A stretch of 50,006 nucleotides of DNA from a bacterium (GTDB lineage Bacteria; Patescibacteriota; Patescibacteriia; PEXW01), in contig JAUYFT010000011.1 in assembly GCA_030689605.1 (NCBI GenBank), positions 1 to 50,006 of the forward strand, given 5' to 3'. Under the pieces are notes generated by a model. It made no database searches, had not been told where the DNA came from, and was given only the letters and a program-made list of their open reading frames with translations. The first letter of the stretch is position 1. The number at the start of each line of letters is the position of its first letter. This document shows, one piece after another, positions 8,373 through 16,775 of this stretch. The position numbers and the translations under genes are program-made.

Positions 8373-9131
8373 TTAGTCTTCCTTCTTTTCTTTCTTCGCG
8401 GGCTTCTTCTTGGCTGGCTTGGCTTCCTCGGTAGGCGCGTCAGCTGGCACGGCCTCCATGAGGTGCTGGAAGTGCTCGGTTAGTATCTGCGAAGACTCGC
8501 GGAAGGCGGCGGCTGGAGTAATGGTGCCGTCGGTGCGAACCATGAGCGTGACCTTGTCGTAGTTGGTCATCTGACCCACGCGGACGTTCTCCACGCGGAA
8601 ATTCACGTTACGGACAGGGGTGTATATGGCATCCACGGCAATGACGCCCAGGTCGAGACGTTCTTTGTCGCGCTGCTCCACGGGGATGTAGCCACGACCG
8701 ATACCGATGGTGAGTTCCATCTCCAGATCAGCATTCTTGTCGGTCAGGTGGCAAATGACGTGCTCGGGATTACGCACCTCGACGTTCGACGGGCATTTAA
8801 GGTCGCCAGCGGTGAGCACCTTCTCGCCCTTGCCCTTCACCATAATGGTGGCAGTCTCGCCTTCGAACATCTTCAGGCGCAGACCCTTGAGGTTGAGGAT
8901 TAGATCCACGATGTCTTCCTTCACGTGCGGCAGGGTGGTGAACTCGTGGGTGGCGCCAGTGATCTTCACGCTGGTAATGGCCGCACCGGAGAGGGACGAA
9001 AGTAGGACGCGGCGTAGGGCATTGCCCAACGTCGTCCCGTAGCCGGGGTAGCAAGGCTCAATAATTATGGAGGCTTCGTTCTCTCCAGCATCGGTGAGCG
9101 TGACTTTCGATGGCAGGGCAATACGTTCCAT
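8373..9131 (-). CDS. rpoA: DNA-directed RNA polymerase alpha subunit, N-terminal domain only (252 aa, Lys-rich tail, no alpha-CTD)
   Basis: EPCYPGYGTTLGNALRRVLLSSL...AVDAIYTPVRNVNFRVENVRVGQMTNYDKVTL is the alpha NTD. The protein ends ...EEAKPAKKKPAKKEKKED, and rplQ begins 22 nt later. Confidence 0.9.
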   Translation of the reverse strand: MERIALPSKVTLTDAGENEASIIIEPCYPGYGTTLGNALRRVLLSSLSGAAITSVKITGATHEFTTLPHVKEDIVDLILNLKGLRLKMFEGETATIMVKGKGEKVLTAGDLKCPSNVEVRNPEHVICHLTDKNADLEMELTIGIGRGYIPVEQRDKERLDLGVIAVDAIYTPVRNVNFRVENVRVGQMTNYDKVTLMVRTDGTITPAAAFRESSQILTEHFQHLMEAVPADAPTEEAKPAKKKPAKKEKKED

Positions 9132-9152
9132 ATGGGTAGGGGGCTAAAAAAA

Positions 9153-9761
9153 TTATCGCGAGTAATGCTCAACAATGAGCTGCACGTTGAGCGGCTGATT
9201 AACGTCGGTGTGCTCGGGCAGACGGGTGACCGTTCCAGACATACCTTCCACGTCGCGGGTGAGCCAGCTCGGCACTTCCTCGTGGGCGCCCTTTAGCCGC
9301 TCTGCTATTTGCGCGCGAATCTTCTGCTTGTCGAAGACGCTGACCACGTCCTTGGGCTTCACGCTGAAGGACGGGATGTTCACGCGCTTGCCGTTCACCT
9401 TTATGAGACCATGGGTGACGAACTGCCGCGCTTGGTTATGCGTGGCCGCAAAGCCCAGACGAAAGACGACATTATCCAGGCGCTGCTCCAAGAGCTGCAG
9501 GAGGATCTGCCCGGTGTTGCCCTGCTTGCGCTTGGCGCGGGCGTAGTACGCCGCGAACTGACGCTCGAGCAAGCCGTAGATGATTTTGGCCTTCTGCTTC
9601 TCGGCCAGCTGAATGCCGTACTCCGAAAGCCGGGGTGTGCCCTTGGGGCCGTGCTGACCAGGAGGGTACGGCCGACGGACAACTGGACACTTTGCCGCAT
9701 CACACAGTTTCACACCGTAACGGCGGCAGCGAGTATGTTTTGGACCAATGCGACGTGCCAT
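9153..9761 (-). CDS. rpsD: 30S ribosomal protein S4
   Basis: MARRIGPKHTRCRRYGVKLC...SEYGIQLAEKQKAKIIYG...VTHGLIKVNGKRVNIPSFSV. Confidence 0.95.
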   Translation of the reverse strand: MARRIGPKHTRCRRYGVKLCDAAKCPVVRRPYPPGQHGPKGTPRLSEYGIQLAEKQKAKIIYGLLERQFAAYYARAKRKQGNTGQILLQLLEQRLDNVVFRLGFAATHNQARQFVTHGLIKVNGKRVNIPSFSVKPKDVVSVFDKQKIRAQIAERLKGAHEEVPSWLTRDVEGMSGTVTRLPEHTDVNQPLNVQLIVEHYSR

Positions 9762-9769
9762 AGAATTGA

Positions 9770-10273
9770 TTAAACGCGACGAACTTTCTTCTGCCGCACC
9801 CCGTTGTGCGGGATGGGTGTAATGTCTTTGATTGAGGTAACCGTGAGACCCGCCCCAACGAGCGCACGAATGGCGGCTTCGCGGCCGCTGCCAATGCCCT
9901 TAACGCGCACGTCTACCTGCTTCAGGCCCACGTCGCGAATGCGCTCCAGCAAATTCCGGACGACCACACCGGCGGCGTAGGGTGTGCCCTTCTTCGGGCC
10001 GCGGAAACCTTGGGCGCCTGCCGAGCCCCAACCAATGACGTTGCCATTTAGATCGGCTAAGCTCACGATGGTGTTGTTGTAGGTAGCTTGAATGTGCGCC
10101 ACGCCGTGCTGCACGAACTTCTTCCCCTTCTTACCCTTCTTCTTTTTCTTCGGGGCTTCAGCGGCATCAGCGTTCCCCGCCAGAGGCGGGTCCGCCTTTG
10201 GCGGAGGCGCCCCCGCGAGTGCGGCGTTGCTATCGAGGAGTTGGTCGAGCTTCTTGTCTTTATCGTCCATCAT
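9770..10273 (-). CDS. rpsK: 30S ribosomal protein S11 with ~40-aa N-terminal extension
   Basis: GVAHIQATYNNTIVSLADLNGNVIGWGSAG..GFRGPKKGTPYAA...IKDITPIPHNG. N-terminal extension ..APKKKKKGKKGKK. Confidence 0.95.
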   Translation of the reverse strand: MMDDKDKKLDQLLDSNAALAGAPPPKADPPLAGNADAAEAPKKKKKGKKGKKFVQHGVAHIQATYNNTIVSLADLNGNVIGWGSAGAQGFRGPKKGTPYAAGVVVRNLLERIRDVGLKQVDVRVKGIGSGREAAIRALVGAGLTVTSIKDITPIPHNGVRQKKVRRV

Positions 10274-10278
10274 AGTCG

Positions 10279-10668
10279 TTAGGTCTTTTCACTGGCAGAC
10301 TTACGTCCGCTGCCCATGGTGCGGCGAGTATTTCCACGCACGGTGCGGGAGTTGGTCTTGGTGCGCTGGCCGCGGACGGGCAGGTTGCGGCTATGGCGCA
10401 TACCCGTGTAGCAGTTAATTTCTCGCTTGCGCTTAATATTGAGCAGCACCTCACGGCGTAACTCACCTTCCACCTTGTGGCCCTTCTCGATAATGTCCTT
10501 GAGCCGGTTCACCTCTGACTCGGTGAGGTCATTCGGCCGCTTCTGCGGATCCAGCTTGGCTAGCTCGGCAACCTTGATCGCCAAGGTCGGCCCAATGCCG
10601 TAAATGTAGCGCAGGGAAACGCGGAGGGGTTTGTTCGGGAGGATGATACCGGCGATACGTGCGGGCAT
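10279..10668 (-). CDS. rpsM: 30S ribosomal protein S13
   Basis: MPARIAGIILPNKPLRVSLRYIYGIGPTLA...RGQRTKTNSRT. Confidence 0.95.
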   Translation of the reverse strand: MPARIAGIILPNKPLRVSLRYIYGIGPTLAIKVAELAKLDPQKRPNDLTESEVNRLKDIIEKGHKVEGELRREVLLNIKRKREINCYTGMRHSRNLPVRGQRTKTNSRTVRGNTRRTMGSGRKSASEKT

Positions 10669-10672
10669 AGGC

Positions 10673-10786
10673 TTATCCTTGTCGCTGTTTATGCTTGGGA
10701 TTGCTGCAGATCACGAGCAGCTTCTTGCCCCGGCGAATAACGCGGCACTTGGGGCAAATCGGCTTGACGGAGGATCGAACTTTCAT
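10673..10786 (-). CDS. rpmJ: 50S ribosomal protein L36 (zinc-ribbon type); absent from the supplied ORF track
   Basis: Hand translation of the minus strand gives [40 protein letters not shown] at 10786-10784, TAA at 10675-10673. Confidence 0.9.
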   Translation of the reverse strand: MKVRSSVKPICPKCRVIRRGKKLLVICSNPKHKQRQG

Positions 10787-10856
10787 AGTTTCGCTTCTGA
10801 CGGACTTCAGTCCGGTGGGACGCAGCGCGACTAAGGTCGCTTAGAAAGTTGAAAAG

Positions 10857-11114
10857 CTACTTACGGAATGTGATGCGGCCTTTCTTGAGGTCGTAGGGGG
10901 TCATTTCCAAAATTACGGTGTCGCCCGGCAGGATCTTGATGCGGTTCATGCGCATTCGGCCGGAGAGGTGCGCCAGCACGAGGTGGTCGCCCGCGAGTTT
11001 GACGCGGAAGGTGGCAGAGGGCAGGAGCTCTTCCACAATGCCTTCAACTTCCAAGAAACCTTTCTTGTTCACGCCCCGTGCTTCTGGCTTGGGGCGATCT
11101 GTGCGTTGCGCCAT
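10857..11114 (-). CDS. infA: Translation initiation factor IF-1 (with short N-terminal extension)
   Basis: [63 protein letters not shown]. Confidence 0.95.
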   Translation of the reverse strand: MAQRTDRPKPEARGVNKKGFLEVEGIVEELLPSATFRVKLAGDHLVLAHLSGRMRMNRIKILPGDTVILEMTPYDLKKGRITFRK

Positions 11115-11123
11115 TGCTTTTGA

Positions 11124-11155
11124 GAAAAAATATATCCCCGCTTAAAACTGCGGGG
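11124..11155 (-). terminator. Intrinsic-terminator-like hairpin CCCCGC-N8-GCGGGG followed by AUAUAUUUUUUCU, ending ~10 nt before the infA ATG
   Basis: Stem arms at 11136-11141 and 11150-11155. The plus-strand A/T run 11124-11135 gives a U-rich tail on the minus strand. Confidence 0.55.
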
Positions 11156-11326
11156 CCTGCGCAACTATCCCCCGGAATACTCACCTTTTCAGGATGAGCG
11201 GAAGGGGTAATCAGTACGCAGCGGATCGAGACAGAGTCGTGAGCAACAGGAACCAAATTGTTGAGCCCGCTAGGGCGAAACCCCGCACCGAGCCGCTTTG
11301 CGGATCTGGTGCGCGGGTGACTACCG
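11156..11326 (-). ncRNA. Candidate structured leader or small RNA between alaS and infA (family not recognised)
   Basis: It lies between a good promoter (11356-11328) and a terminator hairpin (11155-11124). It contains a long hairpin with a GAAA tetraloop (11169-11207) and a possible closing helix between its ends. No ORF. Confidence 0.35.
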
Positions 11327-11327
11327 A

Positions 11328-11356
11328 ACTGTACCAAGAGGCTGGATGGGTGTCAA
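11328..11356 (-). promoter_or_regulatory. Sigma70-like promoter TTGACA-17-TACAGT
   Basis: Minus-strand TTGACA at 11356-11351 and TACAGT at 11333-11328 with a 17-nt spacer, just downstream of the alaS stop. Confidence 0.45.
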
Positions 11357-11378
11357 GACTAGCCTCCGGGAAATCCTT

Positions 11379-13223
11379 TTACTTCCCCACCGTCGCCTTA
11401 ATGCGGCGAATGCCGGCGGAGACGGACTTTTCGGAGATAATCTTGAAGCTCCCCAGCTCCCCGGTGTGCTGCACGTGCGGGCCGCCGCAGAACTCCTTGG
11501 AGTAATCCCCCACGCTGTACACCTTCACCGGGTCGGGGTACTTCTCCTTGAAGAACGCAAGGGCGCCAGAGGCTTGCGCCTCTTTCAATGGCATTTCTTG
11601 CATGGTCACCGGCAAATCCTCGGCAATTTTCCCGTTCACAATAGTTTCCACTTTCAAAATTTCATCAGCCGAGAGCTTCTCGGGGTAGGTGAAGTCAAAG
11701 CGCAAGCGCTCGGGGTTTATGTCCGATCCATCCTGGTGAACCTCTGGCCCGAGGACGTCGCGCAAGGCTTGGTGCAGCAAGTGCGTGGCCGTGTGCATGC
11801 GGGTCATCACCGCGCGCTCGTCGTCGGTGAGCGTGGCGCTGTTCAAACCATGCCCGCCGAACTTCGCGGTGGCTCCGGCGCGGGATGTTGCCCGGTGCTT
11901 GTCCAGCTCGGCTTCCACCTCGGCATCGTCAAAGGTAAAACCCTTCTGTTTTAGCTGGTCGAAGGTGGACCCGTAGGTTGTAAAAAGTTGCACCGCAGCT
12001 TTACCCGTAATGTGAATCTTTGACACACCCTGTTGCACCTCCTGCTGACTCAAAATATCTTCCTTCGGCAGCTGCTTCACCAGCTTGCCAATGTCCATCA
12101 TACGCACCTTCTCGTAGTTGCCATACTCCTTCTGGAAGTCTTCCAAAATTGCCGCGCGCTTCTCTTTGAGCTCGGGGTAGGCCTCGCCGTACTCGTGGAT
12201 AATGGCGTCAATAACCGGCTCGAATGTGCAGCCGGGGTGCAGGTACTGGTCGCAGGCGCGGCGGAACACCCGACGCAAAATGTAGCCCTGCTCCTTGTTG
12301 CTGAAGCGCACTTCATCGGCGCGTAGGAACATGGCGGCTTTGAAGTGGTCGCTGGCAATACGCAAACGACGCTCGTCCTCCAGCACTTCGCCGGTGGAAT
12401 CGAAACGCTCGTCCTGCTGAATGGTTTCGATGATGTGAGTGAAGGCTTCGGTTTGGAACACACTCTGCTTGTCCTGCAGAACCATGGCCAAACGTTCCAA
12501 GCCCATGCCGGTGTCAATGTTCTTCTGCGGCAATTCTTGGTACTCCCCGGTCTCGGTCTTCTGGTACTGCATGAGCACCAGGTTCCAAATTTCGACGAAC
12601 CGCCCGCAATCGCAGTTCGGTAGGCACTTGGCTCCAAGGTCGCAGGGCTTTCCCGTACGGTCGTAGTGCAGCTCGGTGGATGGTCCGCACGGTCCGGTCT
12701 TGCCCGGTGGACCCCAAAAATTCTCATCGTGGCCGAAGCCCGCGATGCGCTCCTTGGGTAAGTGCGCCTGCCAGTACTTCACCGATTCGGTGTCTGAAGG
12801 GATGCCAAGATTCTTCTTCCCGCGGGTCGTCTCGGCGTGGTAGTACGTTGCCCACAGCCGGTCAGAGTGAAGGTACACGACCTTGGTGCAGAACTCCCAT
12901 GCTAGGTCAATCACTTCCTTCTTGAAGTAGTCACCTACGCTGAAGTTACCCAGCATCTCGAAGAAGGTCAGGTGCGTGGCATCCCCCACCTCGGTAATAT
13001 CGGACGTGCGGAAACACTTCTGCACGCTGGTGAGCTTCCGACTCTTGAGATCTGCCTCCACATCCCGCTCGCCCAGGAAGTACGGTTTGAACTGCTGCAT
13101 GCCCGCGGTGGTGAGCAGCACGCTAGCGTCGCCCACCGGAATAAGCGATGACGACCGAATGGCCACGTGGCCTTTGGTGGTGAAGAAGTGCAGGAATTTG
13201 GAGCGGATGTCGCGGAGGTGCAT
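11379..13223 (-). CDS. alaS: Alanine--tRNA ligase, short form (614 aa: catalytic + tRNA-recognition + editing domains, no C-Ala/DHHA1-like C-terminal domain)
   Basis: MHLRDIRSKFLHFFTTKGH...TTAGMQQFKPYFLG (class II AlaRS N-terminus). Editing-site motifs HTATHLLHQALRDVLG and CGGPHV. The ORF stops shortly after ..GIRRIKATVGK. Confidence 0.9.
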   Translation of the reverse strand: MHLRDIRSKFLHFFTTKGHVAIRSSSLIPVGDASVLLTTAGMQQFKPYFLGERDVEADLKSRKLTSVQKCFRTSDITEVGDATHLTFFEMLGNFSVGDYFKKEVIDLAWEFCTKVVYLHSDRLWATYYHAETTRGKKNLGIPSDTESVKYWQAHLPKERIAGFGHDENFWGPPGKTGPCGPSTELHYDRTGKPCDLGAKCLPNCDCGRFVEIWNLVLMQYQKTETGEYQELPQKNIDTGMGLERLAMVLQDKQSVFQTEAFTHIIETIQQDERFDSTGEVLEDERRLRIASDHFKAAMFLRADEVRFSNKEQGYILRRVFRRACDQYLHPGCTFEPVIDAIIHEYGEAYPELKEKRAAILEDFQKEYGNYEKVRMMDIGKLVKQLPKEDILSQQEVQQGVSKIHITGKAAVQLFTTYGSTFDQLKQKGFTFDDAEVEAELDKHRATSRAGATAKFGGHGLNSATLTDDERAVMTRMHTATHLLHQALRDVLGPEVHQDGSDINPERLRFDFTYPEKLSADEILKVETIVNGKIAEDLPVTMQEMPLKEAQASGALAFFKEKYPDPVKVYSVGDYSKEFCGGPHVQHTGELGSFKIISEKSVSAGIRRIKATVGK

Positions 13224-13447
13224 GGGCCTAGTGTAGCGGAAAGCGAAAGCCCTCGCTAGGGGAAATGCTTGACAAAATTAAGATTTTCTGTAAGGATCGG
13301 CTATTCAAACAAAAATCTAGTACGCTCAGAAAGGAGACCGGGCGTGTAGTGGAAACTATAGGAAATGGTCATTGAAAATTGAATCGAAGAACGAGTGCGA
13401 AAGCACGTAAAGTGAGTAACTAATAACCACGTATTCGGAGGAGAAAC

Positions 13448-15370
13448 ATGGACTCTCTGCAAACAGTACCTGTGCTCGGTATCGTTATCGGTGCTATCGG
13501 GCTCATCGTCGTGCTCTTCATTCTCACAGGATTGAAGCTCATCCGCGACGACCAGGTTGGTATCGTTACGAAGAAAATGTTCGGCACGCCAATGCCCCCC
13601 GGGCAGGTCATTGCCGGCCATGGGCAAATCGGTGTCCAGGCGCGCACCCTCATGCCTGGGCTCTACTGGTTCATGCCGTTCATCTACGTCATTTCGAAAG
13701 TGAACGTCATTGAAATCGGTACGAATGAGATCGGCATCGTCGAAGCAATCGACGGTGACCCGATACCGCAAGGTCGCATCTTGGCCGAGGAAGTGCACTG
13801 CAACACGTTCCAGGATGCGGAAGCCTTCCTGTTCCCTGCCAGCGGTGGCAAGCGTGGGCAGAAAGGCCCGCAGGTTGGCATTGTGCGGCCAGGGACGTAC
13901 CGCATCAACACCTCATTATTCTCGGTCACGCGACGGCAGGTAACGAAGATTGTCGAGAAGAAGCTCGGCGTCGTCGTTGCCCTAGACGGCGTACCGCTGC
14001 CTTCGGGCTACATCATAGCTCCCAAGCCGACGGCGGGCGCGGGCGTGGATGACCACAACTTCTTCCAGAACGGCCAAGCCTTCCTGGACAAGGGTGGCTA
14101 CCGCGGCCCGCAACTGGATACACTGCAACCCGGCAACTACTACATCAACCCCTTGCTGTTCGAAGTGAAGGAGTACGACCAGGCTGAAGTGAAGCCTGGC
14201 TACGTGGCTGTGCTGCGCTCGAACGTTGGCCTCGAGCTGACCAAGGACGTAAGCAAGCCAGCACCTACCGGTGGCGAACCCACGCTCGCTGGGCCGGTGC
14301 ACGACGCCGAAGAAGTGGTACTCAACACCGACCAGCTGCAGCGCGGTATCTACCGCCAGCCAATTGCGCCGGGTATCTACAACATGAACCCCTTGGCCTT
14401 CACCCCGTACCTGGTGCCCACGAGCGCAGTCACCATTGACTGGGCAAGCAACACCGAGCTACGGGAAGAGCGACAGTTCACTGACGACTCGATTAAAGGC
14501 ATGGCGCAGATGAACCCGGTCGATGGCGTGAAGGCGAAGGAATTCTTCAAATTTGCGGAACTCACGGTGACCTCGAAAGACGGCTTCACGCTGAACGTCG
14601 ATGTCCGCTTGATCATCCGCATTCAGCCGCAGCACGCGGCCTTCGTCATCGCGCGGTTCGGTTCGGTCCGCAACCTCATCGAGCAGATTGCGCACCCGCT
14701 CATTGACTCGTCGTTCCGGAACAAGGCCGGCGAAGCCAAGGCAATTGAGTTCATCCAGGGCCGCACTGAGCTGCAACAAGATGCACTCAAACGCGCCCAG
14801 GAAGAGTTCAAGAAGTACCACGTGGACGTGCAGAACCTCCTCATCGCCTACATCAAGGTCGACGAGAAGCTGCTCGCCACGCAGACCGAGAAGGAAATCG
14901 CCATGCAGCAGGAAGCGCAGTACACCCAGCAGGCACTGGCCGAGGTGAAGCGCTCTGAGCTGCAGGAGAAGAAAGCTCGTGCCGATAAGCAGTCCGAAGT
15001 CGTCGCTGCGAAGCTCTCGATTGACATCGAGAAAGACAAAGCCGACGCCCTCCGGCAGACCGCTAAAGGTGAGCGCGATGCTACCAAGACCCGTGCTGAC
15101 GGAAAGGCGTACCAAGAGAAAGCGGTTGGCGAAGGTACCGCTGCTGGATACAAAGCGCAGTCCGAGGTCCTCGGTGCTGGCAACTTGGCAGCAATTAAGA
15201 TCGTCGAACAGGTGGGGATCAACAAGGTCAAGATCGTTCCGGATTTATTAATCACCGGTGGTGGTTCTGGATCCGGTGATCAGAGTGGCCTGCTCCTCAC
15301 TGGGCTGCTCTCCACTATCCTCGCGGACAAGGTCAAAGAGACGTCGACGATATCACCGAAGGTCTCGTAG
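13448..15370 (+). CDS. SPFH/band-7 (flotillin-like) membrane protein with long C-terminal coiled coil
   Basis: N-terminal TM helix (VLGIVIGAIGLIVVLFIL), LIRDDQVGIVTKK, and a Glu/Lys/Ala/Gln-rich coiled-coil region. Strong SD GGAGGAG precedes the ATG. Confidence 0.7.
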   Translation: MDSLQTVPVLGIVIGAIGLIVVLFILTGLKLIRDDQVGIVTKKMFGTPMPPGQVIAGHGQIGVQARTLMPGLYWFMPFIYVISKVNVIEIGTNEIGIVEAIDGDPIPQGRILAEEVHCNTFQDAEAFLFPASGGKRGQKGPQVGIVRPGTYRINTSLFSVTRRQVTKIVEKKLGVVVALDGVPLPSGYIIAPKPTAGAGVDDHNFFQNGQAFLDKGGYRGPQLDTLQPGNYYINPLLFEVKEYDQAEVKPGYVAVLRSNVGLELTKDVSKPAPTGGEPTLAGPVHDAEEVVLNTDQLQRGIYRQPIAPGIYNMNPLAFTPYLVPTSAVTIDWASNTELREERQFTDDSIKGMAQMNPVDGVKAKEFFKFAELTVTSKDGFTLNVDVRLIIRIQPQHAAFVIARFGSVRNLIEQIAHPLIDSSFRNKAGEAKAIEFIQGRTELQQDALKRAQEEFKKYHVDVQNLLIAYIKVDEKLLATQTEKEIAMQQEAQYTQQALAEVKRSELQEKKARADKQSEVVAAKLSIDIEKDKADALRQTAKGERDATKTRADGKAYQEKAVGEGTAAGYKAQSEVLGAGNLAAIKIVEQVGINKVKIVPDLLITGGGSGSGDQSGLLLTGLLSTILADKVKETSTISPKVS

Positions 15371-15397
15371 CCTCGCCGAGCAATGTCGTTCATTCCT

Positions 15398-15430
15398 GCG
15401 CCCAACCATACCAAGGTTGGGCGCTTTTCT
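15398..15430 (+). terminator. Terminator hairpin GCGCCCAACC-loop-GGTTGGGCGC + TTTTCT between convergent genes
   Basis: 10-bp GC-rich stem followed by a T-run, located 28 nt after the SPFH stop codon. Confidence 0.7.
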
Positions 15431-16310
15431 ATTCCAGTAAGTGCGTGCGAAAGAAGTCGATAATCTTGCGCGCGTACCGCTCCATCCCATCGGTGTACGT
15501 CCCTTTGTGCCCGGCACCTGCCACGACCATGAGTTCGGCTGGACCGGTGGCACTGGCGTGTAGGCGCATAGCATCCCAGACTGGCACGGTGTGGTCCTTC
15601 ATCCCGTGGATGAAAAGCAGCGGCACGTGCTGCAACGTATCCATGTGCCGGAGCGGTCGCACGTCTTCCACGTACGCGCCGGTGCGCACCTTGATGATGT
15701 AGAGCACGAGCGTACCGAAGGGGAAAAATGGCAAGCGGCCGAGGTACTCGCGGAAGTTGCCTTCGATGAGCGAGCGGAACTCGGCGTAGCTAGAGTCCAC
15801 GACAATAGCCTGAATCTCGTGGAGGTCGCCGCTCTTCAACAACGCCACGGAACCACCCATAGAGTAGCCGAGGATACCAATGCGCTTGTGATCCACGTCC
15901 TGGCGCGTGTGCACGTAGCGCACAGCGCCCGCTAAGTCCCTAGTCTCCTCTTCCCCGAAAGTAATGAAATCACCGCCGCTCTCGCCGGAACCGCGAAAAT
16001 CGAAGAGGAAGGTGTTGAACCCAGCCTCGTTGAGCAGCTTGGCCTGCGGAATAAGCTGCGTCTTGGAATGACCATAACCGTGCAGCAGAATGACGGTGGC
16101 GCGGTTCGTACCCGGGATAAACGCGCCCGCGAGCGGCACCCCATCTGTCGCTTGGAAGCGCACGAACTCTGTGTGCAAGCCAGCTTTGCCCCAGTCGTCT
16201 GGACGCAATTCTCGGGGGCTCTGGATGATGCTGTCTGCAACTTTCCACGCGGCCGCAATGAAAACCACCGCCCCCACGATGAATGCGATAAAGAGGAAGT
16301 TCAGGAACAT
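15429..16310 (-). CDS. Alpha/beta-fold hydrolase with N-terminal membrane anchor
   Basis: LLHGYGHSK (oxyanion region), nucleophile elbow GYSMGGS, and a C-terminal ..AGHKG.. His region. N-terminal hydrophobic helix. Confidence 0.75.
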   Translation of the reverse strand: MFLNFLFIAFIVGAVVFIAAAWKVADSIIQSPRELRPDDWGKAGLHTEFVRFQATDGVPLAGAFIPGTNRATVILLHGYGHSKTQLIPQAKLLNEAGFNTFLFDFRGSGESGGDFITFGEEETRDLAGAVRYVHTRQDVDHKRIGILGYSMGGSVALLKSGDLHEIQAIVVDSSYAEFRSLIEGNFREYLGRLPFFPFGTLVLYIIKVRTGAYVEDVRPLRHMDTLQHVPLLFIHGMKDHTVPVWDAMRLHASATGPAELMVVAGAGHKGTYTDGMERYARKIIDFFRTHLLE

Positions 16311-16314
16311 ACGT

Positions 16315-16713
16315 TTACGTGGCGTCGAGCGCAGCGTTCACGAGCGCATCAGCGTGGGCGTTCTGCTCGCGCGGGATGTGGCTGAAGGTGACCCGTTGGA
16401 AATCGTGCGTGAGGTTCCACACCTTGGTGAAAAGCTTGGCCAGGTTAGCGTCTTTTACTTTGTAGTTGCGGTTGAGCTGCTCTACCACGAGCAGGCTATC
16501 CAACTTGCACGCTACTGTTAGCGCGCCAAGCTTTTTTGCGTGCGTCAAACCGCGGAGCAAGGCCGTATACTCCGCTACGTTGTTCGTCGCCTGGCCAATG
16601 GTTTCCCCACGTTCAGCCAGAACCGTGCTGCCGTCAATAATGACGTAGCCAATTGCCGCCGGTCCAGGGTTCCCCCGTGCCCCACCGTCCGTGAAGAGCG
16701 TGCATGCATCCAT
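16315..16713 (-). CDS. rnhA: Ribonuclease HI
   Basis: FTDGGARGNPGPAAIGYVI, NNVAEYTALLRGL, DSLLVV and REQNAHADALVN supply the DEDD catalytic pattern of RNase H type 1. Confidence 0.85.
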   Translation of the reverse strand: MDACTLFTDGGARGNPGPAAIGYVIIDGSTVLAERGETIGQATNNVAEYTALLRGLTHAKKLGALTVACKLDSLLVVEQLNRNYKVKDANLAKLFTKVWNLTHDFQRVTFSHIPREQNAHADALVNAALDAT

Positions 16714-16719
16714 GGGGAA

Positions 16720-16728
16720 ATTCTACCA
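16720..16728 (-). promoter_or_regulatory. Extended -10 element TGGTAGAAT placed 6 nt upstream of the rnhA ATG (leaderless configuration)
   Basis: The minus strand reads TGGTAGAAT-ttcccc-ATG. There is no room for an SD. Confidence 0.45.
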
Positions 16729-16775
16729 TAGAACGTAAAAACGCAATCACTTAAAAGGACGTTCGTTACTACTGT

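Noticed and set aside
11121-11378. The alaS-infA spacer might be SRP RNA, 6S RNA, RNase P RNA or tmRNA.
   Set aside because: I could not find the conserved cores by eye: the SRP helix-8 GGAA/AGCA loops, the RNase P GAGGAAAGUCC / ACAGAANNCGGCUUA strands, or the tmRNA tRNA-like end. It is kept only as an unclassified leader/sRNA candidate.
13301-13798. A 165-aa minus-strand ORF across the alaS/SPFH intergenic region and the SPFH 5' end.
   Set aside because: It overlaps the SPFH gene start and its SD, with no motif support. The region is better explained as a 5' UTR plus the SPFH coding sequence.
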